Part shown: positions 1 through 12,180 of the stretch, piece after piece
How positions within the stretch are numbered: the stretch's first letter is position 1
Layout of the letters: each line of letters starts with the position of its first letter
Assembly (NCBI GenBank): GCA_012295275.1
Contig: CM022672.1
Span: 15,190,001-15,254,000 of the forward strand
Direction of reading: 5' to 3'
Length of the DNA stretch: 64,000 nucleotides
Origin: Chrysomallon squamiferum
Lineage: Eukaryota; Animalia; Mollusca
Notes under the pieces: generated by a model
Database searches by the model: none
What the model was told of the DNA's origin: nothing
The model's input: only the letters and a program-made list of their open reading frames with translations
Translations under genes and position numbers: made by a program

Positions 1-617
1 AGGGATATAGAAGCACTATAGAAAATAACCAGTCATTAAACGGAATTAATTAACTGATATCCTTTTAGAGACTGCGAAAATTATTTCCAGTAATGGGAAG
101 AGTCCACAAGATTTAAGAAAATAATGAAGATTAGAACGTTTAAAAAATATTATTATTGTTGTCGTTGTTATTTTTGCTGTTGCTGTTGCTGTTATTACTA
201 TTATTATTATTATTATTTATCCAGAAAACATCAGAGATAGTTTAATAATAAATTATTTTAGTGCTTCTCCTGAAAACTTATAAGAGCATCTGCATGTACG
301 TATACAACATGTACTATAGTTTCAGTCTGACGTCGATTCATTGTTACGAAATGTAAATACGTCATCAACTGACTGTGATTATTGCGTTATTCATCTAACA
401 TCGGATTGTTCTGGAAGGTCTCGTCATTTTAAAAAACTAATTAAATAGCATCCAGTTATATTATCGTAAGCTAATACCCGGCAGTTATTAATTTTCTCCC
501 AGCTGGAGAAGTATGAGTGATGAAAATCAAGTAAATAATAGTAATAATATAAAGATATTTTAGTTATAATATATATTATTTTCTATTAATGATCTAACTT
601 CTGTTCTGCTCTAAGTC

Positions 618-770
618 AATAAAGAAAGGACGAAATGTTTTACTTAATCAAGAATCAAGAATGAGAATCATGGTTTAGAACAATGCGGGTATGGAGAAAA
701 AAAATCCAACTATCATCAAGCAGTGAATTGCTTTTGTTATGATTAGAAGCAAGATATCTTTTTATAAAGG
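618..770 (-). mobile_element. Highly decayed SINE remnant (same family as 59656-59826)
   Basis: Retains motif-like pieces GAAATGTTTTACTTAA and GATTAGAAGCAAGATATCTTTTTATA, in the order I recall for the family consensus. The second piece parallels GTTAGCAACAAGGGTTTTGTTACA in the 59.7 kb copy. Confidence 0.35.
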
Positions 771-937
771 TTTTTATATTGTAAAGTACATAAAAGTGAT
801 AAGTGAATGAGAAGAAATATCAAGATATCTTTTTATATATACATGTATATTATTATTATTATTATTTGTACATAAACACAAAAATTCTGGAGTAAATTAG
901 CAATGTATCAATATTTTACCTTTTTGTGCATTTGAAT

Positions 938-953
938 TGTGTGTGTGTGTGTG

Positions 954-1032
<79 letters not shown>
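938..1032. repeat. Compound (TG)n-(GA)38 microsatellite
   Basis: Directly visible; GA run 957-1032. Confidence 0.95.
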
Positions 1033-1035
<3 letters not shown>

Positions 1036-2018
1036 TTCAGCCAACTGCCTCAAAGCATACGTCTTTCTCACTATTATGTTACAATAACTTTCAACATTTA
1101 TGGTACATAGTCTAAAAATGTTTTGTTAAAAGATACCCAAAGCAGTGTTAATTTATATGTATAATTGCATTGTAAAGTGATCCTTTTGGAAATAGGTTAA
1201 AGATAATGTAGTGTCATTTCGAGCAATTTCGAATTTTATTAAGTTTTAAACTGCTGAGTGACGATGACGTTTTTATGATATATATGGTCTAATGATAACA
1301 CTTTTCCTTCAGGTGACGCAGCAATGTTTACAAAGACATAATTGGCACCTCTTACAAATATTTGCGTGCGTTTGTAACATTAAAATAATAAAAACACACA
1401 CACACACACACAAAATAAATAAATAAATAAATAAATGAAATGTAATGAAAAAATAAAATAAAATAAAATAAATAATAAATACATAATAACTTTTTATTTT
1501 GATAACTAACATATTTTCTAATGGAAATTAATATAACAATGTGTAGAATTGAAACGTGAATACGGGAGTAAATTAATTATATTTAATTTTTTAATACATT
1601 ACTTTATCACCAAATTATGTTCTCCGATTTTATTGGTAAGTATATTTTAACAGTTAAATCACGTTTATAGTAAAAAAAATCGTGAACCTAATTATTGCTT
1701 AAGGCTGACTAATATAATTATTTACAGTGAAAATTTTAATAGACAATGAAACATTAAATTTGACAGGTTTTTGCTTTTGTATCTGTAATTTATATATTAA
1801 TATTTTTTGGAGTCACTGATCTGTCATCATGTAAAATATTTTAATTGCTAATAATTAAGGAAATTATTTGAAACAGTTGTAAATATTAAATATATTAGAA
1901 AATTACATTTTATTTTATATGTACCAACTACTTAAAGGTGACTGTTATAAACGTTGATGGTTGTATAGAATATAATCTCTGTCAATTTTATGGGGAACTG
2001 CGATTGCGCATCGGATCT

Positions 2019-2028
2019 GGCGGGAAAA
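2019..2028 (-). promoter_or_regulatory. Canonical E2F site (TTTTCCCGCC) in the SLBP proximal promoter
   Basis: GGCGGGAAAA on + matches the E2F consensus TTTSSCGC on the - strand. It lies ~90 nt upstream of the SLBP ATG in a locally CpG-retaining segment, consistent with an S-phase gene. Confidence 0.6.
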
Positions 2029-2114
2029 GGGCAAACTTCTTTTGATGCGTTGAATGAAAGAGTACCCGGACATAGAGTTAATGTTTAGAAACTGACGAGT
2101 TTTTAAAAAGTAAA

Positions 2115-5100
2115 ATGACTGATAAATGCACATTAAGAACTATAAATTATCGACATGAAAGTAATAATTATTCACCAGATAAAATGTAAGTAAATCATTT
2201 GACGATTTCTCTCGTTGTCCATGTTAATTGTTATATAACGATGTTTATTTTTTCAACATGAAATTTGATCAGTGATCGTAAGCAAGATTTTGTTAATTGC
2301 ATTTGCTATATCTGTTATTACGAGAACACAATTTAGAAATATATTCACTAACAAGTTGTAGCAGACAGCACATGTGCCACTTCAACTTGCATTTCAGATC
2401 ATATTTATCTTTTCATTGTTTCAAGGCTTTTGTTCATTATTATCGACAGTTTGTATGGACTTAATACTAAAGTAAAGAACACAAAAGCATCAAATTCACC
2501 ACGTTATTTATAGAATAAATGTAAAGACATTATTATGTTCAATTTGAAGGTTCTTTTCAACACGACGTAAAACCTTTATCATTAAATAATCTATAAAATA
2601 ATTTATTTTCGCTTTTGATTAGTTGAATAAAATCCCAACTATTATTATTAATATAAATTTTTTTTTCAGAATTTGTATATATAAATTGTAATATATATAT
2701 ATAAATATGATATATCATTCTCTAGGTGTGCTGATTCTGATCAAGAAAAGTACGTTAGGGCTGGCCACTTAAGTCCATTAAGAAGTCCAATCAGACCTTG
2801 TGACGAAGATAGGGAGAGAAAACGTTGTAGAAGGGAATCAAATAGGTTTTAAAATTTGTTCAATTTATAAAGATTGATGTCATTTATCTCTTAGTACAGT
2901 AACCATTTCATATATTTAATCTATTTGGTGAAATGCAGTATTTAATATCCTATAACATTAATTTGTCATTCTTGTGAAATAAGTTATTCTTGAATAAAAT
3001 CAAGGTGTTTAAATTTAGATGAGATTAATTTCAGTTTTAACTACTTTATGTACTTATAAAATAATAAATAACTTTCATTTATGTTTTGTCATCTTGTATT
3101 TATCTGTTTATTTGTGAAATTTTTACATTTATTCTTATTTACAGAAGTGAGGGAAAACATTTTAAGAAGCCATTAGAGCCCATCATGTCCTCCTCATTTG
3201 ATGAAAATGATTTTCCATCCCTTACATCTGCACAGTAAGTAAAAACAAGTGATGAAAGGACTTTAGTCATATTAACACAATATAATTATCTAATGAGCAG
3301 AAATTAATATTTCAGTAATATGTAACTAATTTCACCTATTTTGAGTTGATAAAATATATAATAATTGAAAACAGCTGTTTATTAAGTAACTGAGTCTGAC
3401 TGAAATATTAACGTAATTTAATAGTTAACTGCCAAACATTTTAGTATTCTGATCTGATAAAATATGTTATAATAATTACCATTTCTTGTAAAACATAAAA
3501 ATAATAATTGAAAACTTATTTCAGCACATACACACCTGAACCACCCCGACCTAAGTTTCAGCATCCTCGGTCATGGGCAGAAAGAACTGATGAATACAAC
3601 ACCAGGATAGAGGAAGAAAGACGACAGCTGCAAAGGTACAGTGTGGTTCAGTATAATGTTTTTGTTAACACAAGAGAGTATTTTTATAATTGCTCAAAAT
3701 ATAAATATTTTAAAAAAAAAACAGTACCAGTAATGTTGTCAAATATTAGACAAAGCACTTTGACAGAGATTCAAATAATGTACCTGCTTTTAAACATTCA
3801 AAATATTTTATTTCTTTGATGTCATTACTTTTTTTTCTTCACATTCATGTAAAATTATTTTGATACAGATTATTATTTTTCTTTATTTTGTTTTATGCTT
3901 TTGGTATTAATATTATTTTATCAAAAGAAGTATGAGTGGAGAAAAGGAATTTTAACAATAGTTTTGTATTCTGTTGGTTTTTTTCTCCTTTTTTTTATTT
4001 CTTTATTTTATTTTTTATTTTTTATTCTTTTTTTTTTTTTTAGATATCGAAGGCAGCTTGAAATGAACCCAAGGAAAATCAAGCCAGGGTGAGTACAAGA
4101 TAATTTCAAGAGTTATGGATTTGTTGCATTTGTGTTTGGCAGTTTGCAACATCTTCTACTCCAGCTATTTACCAAATTAATAGTGTAAACAAGTTTCATT
4201 CACCTATTATCTGTGCATTTCCTATATCTGAACTTGTATTAGTTAAACTAAGTACATATATATATTTACAGGTAATGTAGAATTTATATAAAAATGAAAA
4301 TTATGTATAAAGTTGATGTAAGATGAAGTGATTGCTTTGTAATGAAATATGTTTGGTCTAAAATAGTGTTTGACAATCATGCAATAATGGAGGTCCTGTG
4401 TACATTAGACACCAAAAATGTCAGCAGTTTTTTTTTTTACAATCACACACAAGATACTGCATATTATATTGAAATGAGTTATAATTGATCTCACTTAATT
4501 ATACATGTAGTGGTTGTTTAAATGGTAAAAAGAATATATATATATTGGGTCATGTTTGGTTAGTTATTTTATTGAAATTAAATAAGTTGTATAACAATCT
4601 TAAATGTTTTGCAAATATTTTCAGACTGCAGATTGAAACAGATGAAGATGTACTGATCAGAAAACAGAAACAGCTGGACTATGGTAAAAACACTCTGGGT
4701 TATGACCGTTACATCAGCCTTGTTCAGAAGTAAGTTTTAAACAGCTGGACTATAACTTTGTCTTAAAAACAGTGAAGGTCAATAAAGCTGCTGGTTTCTA
4801 AATCCTGAGGCCTAGAACAAAATGGCAGAGAAATAAAATGTATGATTTATTCAGGACACTTGATATATGGAAAATAAAAGTATATGTATAATTGCAGGGA
4901 GAATTGTTTTTAATGATTGTGACTTAAAATAAATAGTCTTCAGTTACATTGCATTACATTTATGGACCAAAAGAAAATGAAAGATTATATTTCTGAAGTA
5001 CCAAACACCTTAAATTAAAATTTTATTTAATAGCAATTGTTTATTGCTTTAATTTATAATTTAAAATGATGTATATAATTACATACTTTCGTATTTCTGA

Positions 5101-6425
5101 ATACGCCCTTTCTATTTTATTTATTTTATTTTTTTAAATGTTCATTATTTTGGTTTGAATTTTGTATTCTGGCTATAATCTTTTTTTGCAAAAGATTTAT
5201 TTTTGTGTGTTTTTTTTTTTTTTTTTTTTTCAGTTTGTAAAAAAAAAACATTTATTATTTTTTATTGATTAGTAACACATGAAGATGATAATCTAAAAAC
5301 AACTTCTGGTCTTAAAATGGTTATTTTCAATTCTGTTTATATTAGAAACAAGAGACAAAAAGGTCACCCCAAAACACCAGACAAGTACATAAAGTCAAGT
5401 CGTCGGTCGTGGGATGAACAGATACGGAGATGGCGACGACAGCTTCATGCCTGGGACCCACCAAATGCATGCAACAGACAGCACAGTAACAGGTGAATAT
5501 TAGAAGTATTAATGTGACAGTACAAAATAATAGTCAAATAAAATTCTTAGGCTTCCAAAGTATTATTTTGGATGACCTGTCAGTATAATAAAACTGCTTT
5601 TAGAAAACATTTGAACACAGAGTTGTGTTGGACTGACAGCTTTATTCTTTTGGACAATACTGGAAGAAGCTACAAAATAAAAATGGCAGTGACTAGATAT
5701 GTTTAAATTACTCTTTTGTTGTACACGTCATTATTAATTAACATAATGTGGAACTGTTCAGATCATATTTTTACTGCTTTTTATTATAAAAGGTATAATA
5801 GTGTGAAAATAATTTGGAATCTTTTATTTTTTTAAAGTCGTAGTTAATATCTGACTCAGTTTCTTAATCTAGCTTTACTTCAAATTCAGAATAAAGAAAA
5901 GAAATGCAGCATAATGAACAAAACTTTTCAAGGCCATAGGGTAAATTTATTATTAGCAATTCTATATCTTATCACAAGGAAAGGATTTAAATTAACCTTC
6001 TAGATATTCTTTTTTTTATTGAAATGTTTTTTTACCAAAATGTTTCTTCAGAAATAAACTAATTTGTATTTTTCAGCACAGACGTATCAGCTGAATGCTC
6101 TTCGGAAGGATCAGTGGAGAGTTCTTTTGAAAATGAACTCCACATTGCGTGTGATTTTGCCTCGGACACCTGCTCCGAGAGCTCAGCAACACGTTCCACG
6201 TCTCCTGTCAGCAGCACATTGTCTCCCAGTCCAAGTGAAAACTTCCCTGTGCTCAGTTCAAAAAACAAATGTGACAATCCATCGGCCAGTGACAGTTCCT
6301 ACATGAAAATACCATGTAGTGCCGATGAGGATGATGATGAAACATCAATTGAGCAGGCACTATTTACCGAGTTCAACTTGGATGAGTGCCTGCAAGATGT
6401 TTGTGAAATGGATAATTGCGAATAG
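2115..6425 (+). CDS. SLBP: Histone RNA hairpin (stem-loop) binding protein, ~345 aa, 8 coding exons
   Basis: Exons 2115-2185, 2726-2845, 3145-3234, 3525-3635, 4044-4088, 4625-4729, 5346-5492, 6077-6425; all GT-AG, joined CDS 1038 nt and open. RNA-binding domain [26 protein letters not shown]...[33 protein letters not shown]. Also TYTPE (SFTTP-like CDK site), SWAERTDE (SLIP1-binding-like), RYRRQL (cyclin-binding-like) and an acidic Ser-rich C-terminus. Exons 1-3 rest on splice sites and frame only. Confidence 0.93.
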
Positions 6426-6593
6426 ATTTACATGACTAGTATTGAATGATCTTATTGTGTTTCTGTGCGTTGTTTGTTGATCGTACATTTTTTTTATGCT
6501 TGTATATTTGTGAACTTAATACAGTAGAATTCCACAGATTTGTTATTGTTGTATACTTTCCTTATTTTCACACATTTTCTTCAGTGTATATTG

Positions 6594-6599
6594 AATAAA
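6594..6599 (+). terminator. Candidate proximal polyadenylation signal of SLBP (AATAAA)
   Basis: First AATAAA after the stop codon at 6425. The motif is common by chance in AT-rich DNA. Confidence 0.4.
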
Positions 6600-9500
6600 T
6601 ATATTCTTTGTAAAGGCCGTTATATGTAATCTCTGGCCTTTGATAAAGACATTGTTAGAAATACAGTATATTTAATTTAAATTATTAGTGCTATTTTTAG
6701 AAAATAAATGAATTAAAATCCTGTTACTGATCATCCAAAGATTATACTGATTTAAGTAATGTAAACTGACCGTCTTATATTTATTTAATAATAATTGTCC
6801 GTTAGTTAAATTTGTAAAAGAAAAATTTACGAAAACTTTTGTTTAGTAATATTCTTGATTGATGATGTAATAAACAGGTACTGGATTTATAAATAGTTTT
6901 TTCAAAAAGTTGATTTTTTTTGTTTGTGTGTATGTGTGCAAGTGAAACATTAAAGATATTTTGCTGCTAATTTTAGAAACAAAAGAATGAAATTATGTTT
7001 ATTAACAGGCGATTTTGAAATGATCATTAATCTTTAAAATCTTTATTGAAGGAATGTAACAATATCATTTATGCTTTCATATATTTATGACTGCATCTTT
7101 ATCTTTTTAAATATGGAATAAAGGATAACTTGAGGTTTGAAAGTGTTTTCATAATGTCCTGCAAAATAGAAATAATAACTCTGGAAGTGGTCTAATAAAC
7201 ATTTTAAAGCGAGTTATTGTAAAAAATAACATAATTTGGGGTTTGAAAGTACGTTCTTGTAATATAGCAGCAAGAAAGTTTTTCTTCGGTATTGTTGATA
7301 TTTTTTATTATTTAGAAGTTATTTCTTTTTTGTAAGTTAAATATTTCGTGTATAAAATGTAAAAACAAAATGGTAAATAAATTAATTTAAAAATCTTGTA
7401 AATTATATAATTTTATTGGTATTTTTTTACAGTCAGTCATCATACTGTTATAGTTTTAAATTACCTAATAACGCTACATTTATGTTTTTATACATAAAAA
7501 TATTGCTTATTTTAAATGTTTAAAATAATATGTATCTAAAAATACACTTATTTTACAGAAATATGAAACATTAAGATAATAATTAAAAAAACAACCTCGT
7601 TATTTTGAGAGGAAAATTTTAACTTGTTAAAATGAAAATCATGAAATAAATAGCTGTTAAGTAAAATATTTATGATTACTGTATTAACGTGATAATTTCA
7701 TTTTTTACATGTATATTTTATATATAACACTTTTGGTTAGTTTTTTTTTAATTTGGACAAAAACAATAATTGTACTTCAGATTTTACTTATTGTAGTTGC
7801 AATGTATACTATTGTAAAAAGTTGTCTTATTAATTTTTTTAATTTTTATATTCTGTTTATTTTTTATATTAAAACACGAACTTTTGTATGTAATTGTCAG
7901 TTTATCAATATATGGGATAATCAAAAATGAAGCTGAACAGAAATGTGTATTTGTGGATGTTTATTTTTGATATATTTAATTAATTATAACTGGTATTTTT
8001 CTAGTTATGCTCTAAACAATGGTATAAACAGTTTTGGAATTCTTATTTTAAAGGAAATTTAAAATACTCATTGACTTTGTCTGCATTGAGTGGTAACTCG
8101 GCTACACTTTCACTAAAGTATTGTCCTAACATACCTCAGTAGTATTAAAAATAGTAGAAACATAGTGCTTACATGGAGAACAGATAGATAGCAGTATCTT
8201 TTTCTGACTGGTAGATGAAACTGGTCTGCCATGAATGAAATGACATTATGGCTAGTATTGGTGTTCACATATTTTGTTACACTCGATTAAAAATCTGTTA
8301 GTTTTATTTCCAAGCCTTTCTTTGTTCCAGAAATCATGAATTACAAAAAACTGAAAAATTTGTGGAAGATTAAAGAAATTAGATTAAAATATGTAATGCC
8401 ATTTATATTATATTTTTCACATAATGTCATGAAGCACTTATCACTGGATTGAAAGTTGTCACATTTTAATCTGAAGACTGTCACATCACTATTTAGGTTG
8501 ATTCAAACATGTTTGAAGATTTCTGAGTGATTTTATGATAGAGGTCTTGGTTTCTTCATATTGCATATGTATGTATGACTAAATGTACTTTTTATGGGAC
8601 TTGTGAACATGAATATGAATGATGTAAAGAAATATGAAGTCAAAATTATTGTTAATGAATATACTAGCCAACTTTATGGTTGGAAAAAAAACAATATAGA
8701 CCTCTCTGTCAGAGAACCTGCAATGTTCATCCAGATGCCTGTCTGAAGTATTCTGTGCTAGAGGATACTTGGGCTAGTTCAGGGCTTGCCTGTCCAAGTG
8801 TAGTGTCCAGTATTGATGGTGTCACCTTCGTTGCTGATCTCAGAATATTGAGTGTGATGATCAATTTGTGGTTTCGTACGTCGTCTTGTATGAGCTCACT
8901 TACAGATTATGTCAGATTCTTGTTTTCGTGTCATCTTGCAAATGCCAAGAAACATCAAAACATTTTGATTAAATACAAAGTTTTAACAACTTGAGAAAGA
9001 ATCAGAAAGGATAAGAATACAACTGAGATGGTTTAAACAACTAAGCATTTAAAATGCAATACCACTATTAATGAATGTGGAGTAAAATTTAGCAGCTGAT
9101 AAACTGTCTTGGAATGTAACCATTGCACTGATGTCAGTTGTAGAGCCGTTGTGGTATTAATGAAATAAATACTGATATCAATTCTTAATTAATCATACAC
9201 CTTTTAAGTTTTTAAAATTTCATAATTCTTTAATTTCATATTCAGGTATATATCTTCAAACTGGGTAAACAAGTTTGTTATTACTTAATAAAATAGGCTT
9301 TCAAAAAATGGCATCCATTGAAAAATGCATCTAAATAAACATGTCCTTAACGAACTAAAAGAATTATGAAAAGGTTGGGATTTAACTGCTTATGTAGAAA
9401 TTACCTTGCTCTAATTTATACACTTATCTGACTAAAACAAAGTGAAATAATAAGTAAGCACACTATTGTAATGAGTAAACACGTTTCGTTTTCATGGACG

Positions 9501-10799
9501 GTTGAAAAACAGCACCTGGATGAAATGGCACTATGCAAATTTGGAAAAAACAATGCTATTGCTTTTTGACATTTAGTTATTGGTAATAGGTGAAATCCTG
9601 CTTACAAAAACAATTCATAACTACACAATAAAAAAAAGCATAAAAAATCAGTGCATGAATATTATTTTAAATAATGATTTAATGTAAGAAATAATATAAT
9701 CTGCAGCAAATATCATATTTAACAATTGTTGATGATTCATAATTAAATCAAACACCAAAAACACCCCCTCCCCCTGAAATACTAATATATATCTTAAGCT
9801 ATGTTTGAACTGACAGAATGATATCATTTTGGTGGATATTTTAACAATGGTATGCATATTAACATTAGGAACATCTGTATGAATGTGTCTGTAAGTATGC
9901 ATGCAAGCATACATAGATATATATGAATTGTCTGTGTTTGATCATAACATAATCAGTTAAGTCCTGCTTAGAAAAAAAGTTCATAACTGTACCTCTGAAG
10001 GAGTGGCTTCCCACATCCTTGGATTAACTGTCAGACAGAAAGAGTTGATAATAATGTGATAAGTGCGATATTAAACTGATATAATACTGTACTGTGTTAA
10101 GCAAAACCATGTGGATGAGTGATGCTATATATATTAATATGCATTTATGTAGCAATACTGCATGAATAAATTGCATTTTATAAAATTACTTTAAAGCTTT
10201 GTTTAGTCAACTATACAGAAAAGATAAGGTACCTTTTTTCCCAATTTGCAAAGTGCCATTTTTTCCACTGCCATTATTACCTACACCTCTTTTTTATATA
10301 CTACTATTTTTGCGAGACAACAATGACATGAAAATATATAGTGAAAAACTGCATCTTTATAATTATCATTATATCGTTAGAAAACAATCATTTATTATTA
10401 TACTAAATCCACAATAATTTTTATTAATAACAACATTTTATCCTTAAATATTTAATTGTTCACTCTGGCCCTACAGTCTCTAATACTTTTTACCTTTTTT
10501 ATTTCTCAGTATGACATATTTAATATAACAATATACCAAACACTGTATTTTTCTGAACTATTACATAATAAGGAAATATAATATCATCTCAAATAATAAT
10601 GTAGAGTTCACTGAAAACATTTTTTTGTTTGTTTGTTTGTTTCAGAAACCAGACAGAAATGTAAGCCTTAACTTGTTTTGTTTAACTCACCAGTAATGTA
10701 ATTATCATAACACATATTATTGCTATGAGCCTATGTTGTGTTGTATCGGTAATCCATGTAATATAAATAAATAAATAAACAAGAAGAAGAAAACATAGT

Positions 10800-11058
10800 G
10801 AAGGGTATAACGAGCCGGTTTGCAACCACCACTACATCAGACAGAACAAATTCAGTTTAGTTTGTCGGGAATGGGACACGAAATTATGAAGTACAAGGCG
10901 TACTAAATAATTTTCGTTGTTACGTTCGTTCTTTAGAAATAATTTCATATTATTAATGGTCCATCAACATGTTACTAATATTTTAAGCTGGTATATAAAA
11001 ATTGATTGATTCTTGCAGCTGTTGAAATTCATTTTAGTTTCTTGTGAGCGAGAAAAAG
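10800..11058 (+). promoter_or_regulatory. Probable promoter / non-coding first exon of the HEXDC-like gene
   Basis: Local CpG retention at 10800-10930, a consensus donor AAG|GTAAGT at 11058/11059, and an acceptor TTTCAG at 12169, 11 nt before the ATG at 12181. Confidence 0.45.
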
Positions 11059-12180
11059 GTAAGTCTGATTTGGATTGCACTGAAACAGTTAAAGGTAGGA
11101 CAAAAATATCTGACAAATTAAAAACTATATAATACTATTGTTATAATAATAATAAGAAGAAGAAGAATATTAAATTATTATAAATTAAATATTAAAATTT
11201 TCGTTGCGTTAATCTTCGTAGACTGGTTCTATGAATTACTGAACTGGAAAGCGAATACGTATTTGCATATCAGTGAGTAAGAGAGAGAGAAAAAAAAAAA
11301 AAAAAAAAAGCTTTAGCTGTATTCATGCGTCTCTGAACGATTTTGTTATTGTCAAGTCTACACAGGCAAGTTCATGCACATTTTTATCTATAATTTATAA
11401 GCTTAATTACAAAACCACCTCAAGAATCGAAAGCTGAATGGTAAAGTAAAATAATACTAAGTCTTTGTAAGTGCATTTCAGAAGGAATGATTATAATAAT
11501 TAATATATATCCAAGATAAGTAATGTTTTGTTTATAATTTTGAAACTCATGAACAGGAGAATAAATCTGAGTCTATTTGCAAAAACATCAGTCAGTTGTC
11601 AGCCATAGTCCTGGGACATTTGGTGTGCTTCTGTAGGTAAAAGTAATTTTACGTTCGTGTATTGTTATAATTATTACTGATAATCTTAATATGACCAGTG
11701 ATATATTGATAAATTCTTTATTTGTCTGGGTTTATGTCAGGGATTTATTCAGTAGGCCCTAACAGGGTGTGACCTATTTTACCCTGTATATTCAGTGTGC
11801 AAGTACCAAACAAGGAAGGAGTTCAGTTTGATGCAGATAATTCATACTAGTATGTTCTGTGCCCTCATTCTCCTTAGCTTAAACAGTTTGTTACTAACTT
11901 GTTGCAACTATAATTTATTCATTTAATTTTATCTTTTTGCAACAAACAAATTCATATAACAGACCCTGTGTTATCATATTAATGTAATCTAACTAAAAGG
12001 TTTTCAAATTTCAAAATAGTATTGCAGCAATTATTTAATTAAAACAAAACTAATCAAAACAAGTTTTGTTTTCTATTATGTATTTAACATTTACAAAAAC
12101 AAAATTATACCTACATATGAACATGTTGTGAAAAAGAAATAATCATTTATATATATATCCTGATTTCAGATTAAATCTAT

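Noticed and set aside
6612-6641. Canonical histone 3' stem-loop in the SLBP 3' UTR
   Set aside because: Lacks the 6-bp stem with a 4-nt U-rich loop and the ACCCA flank; kept only as a generic hairpin.
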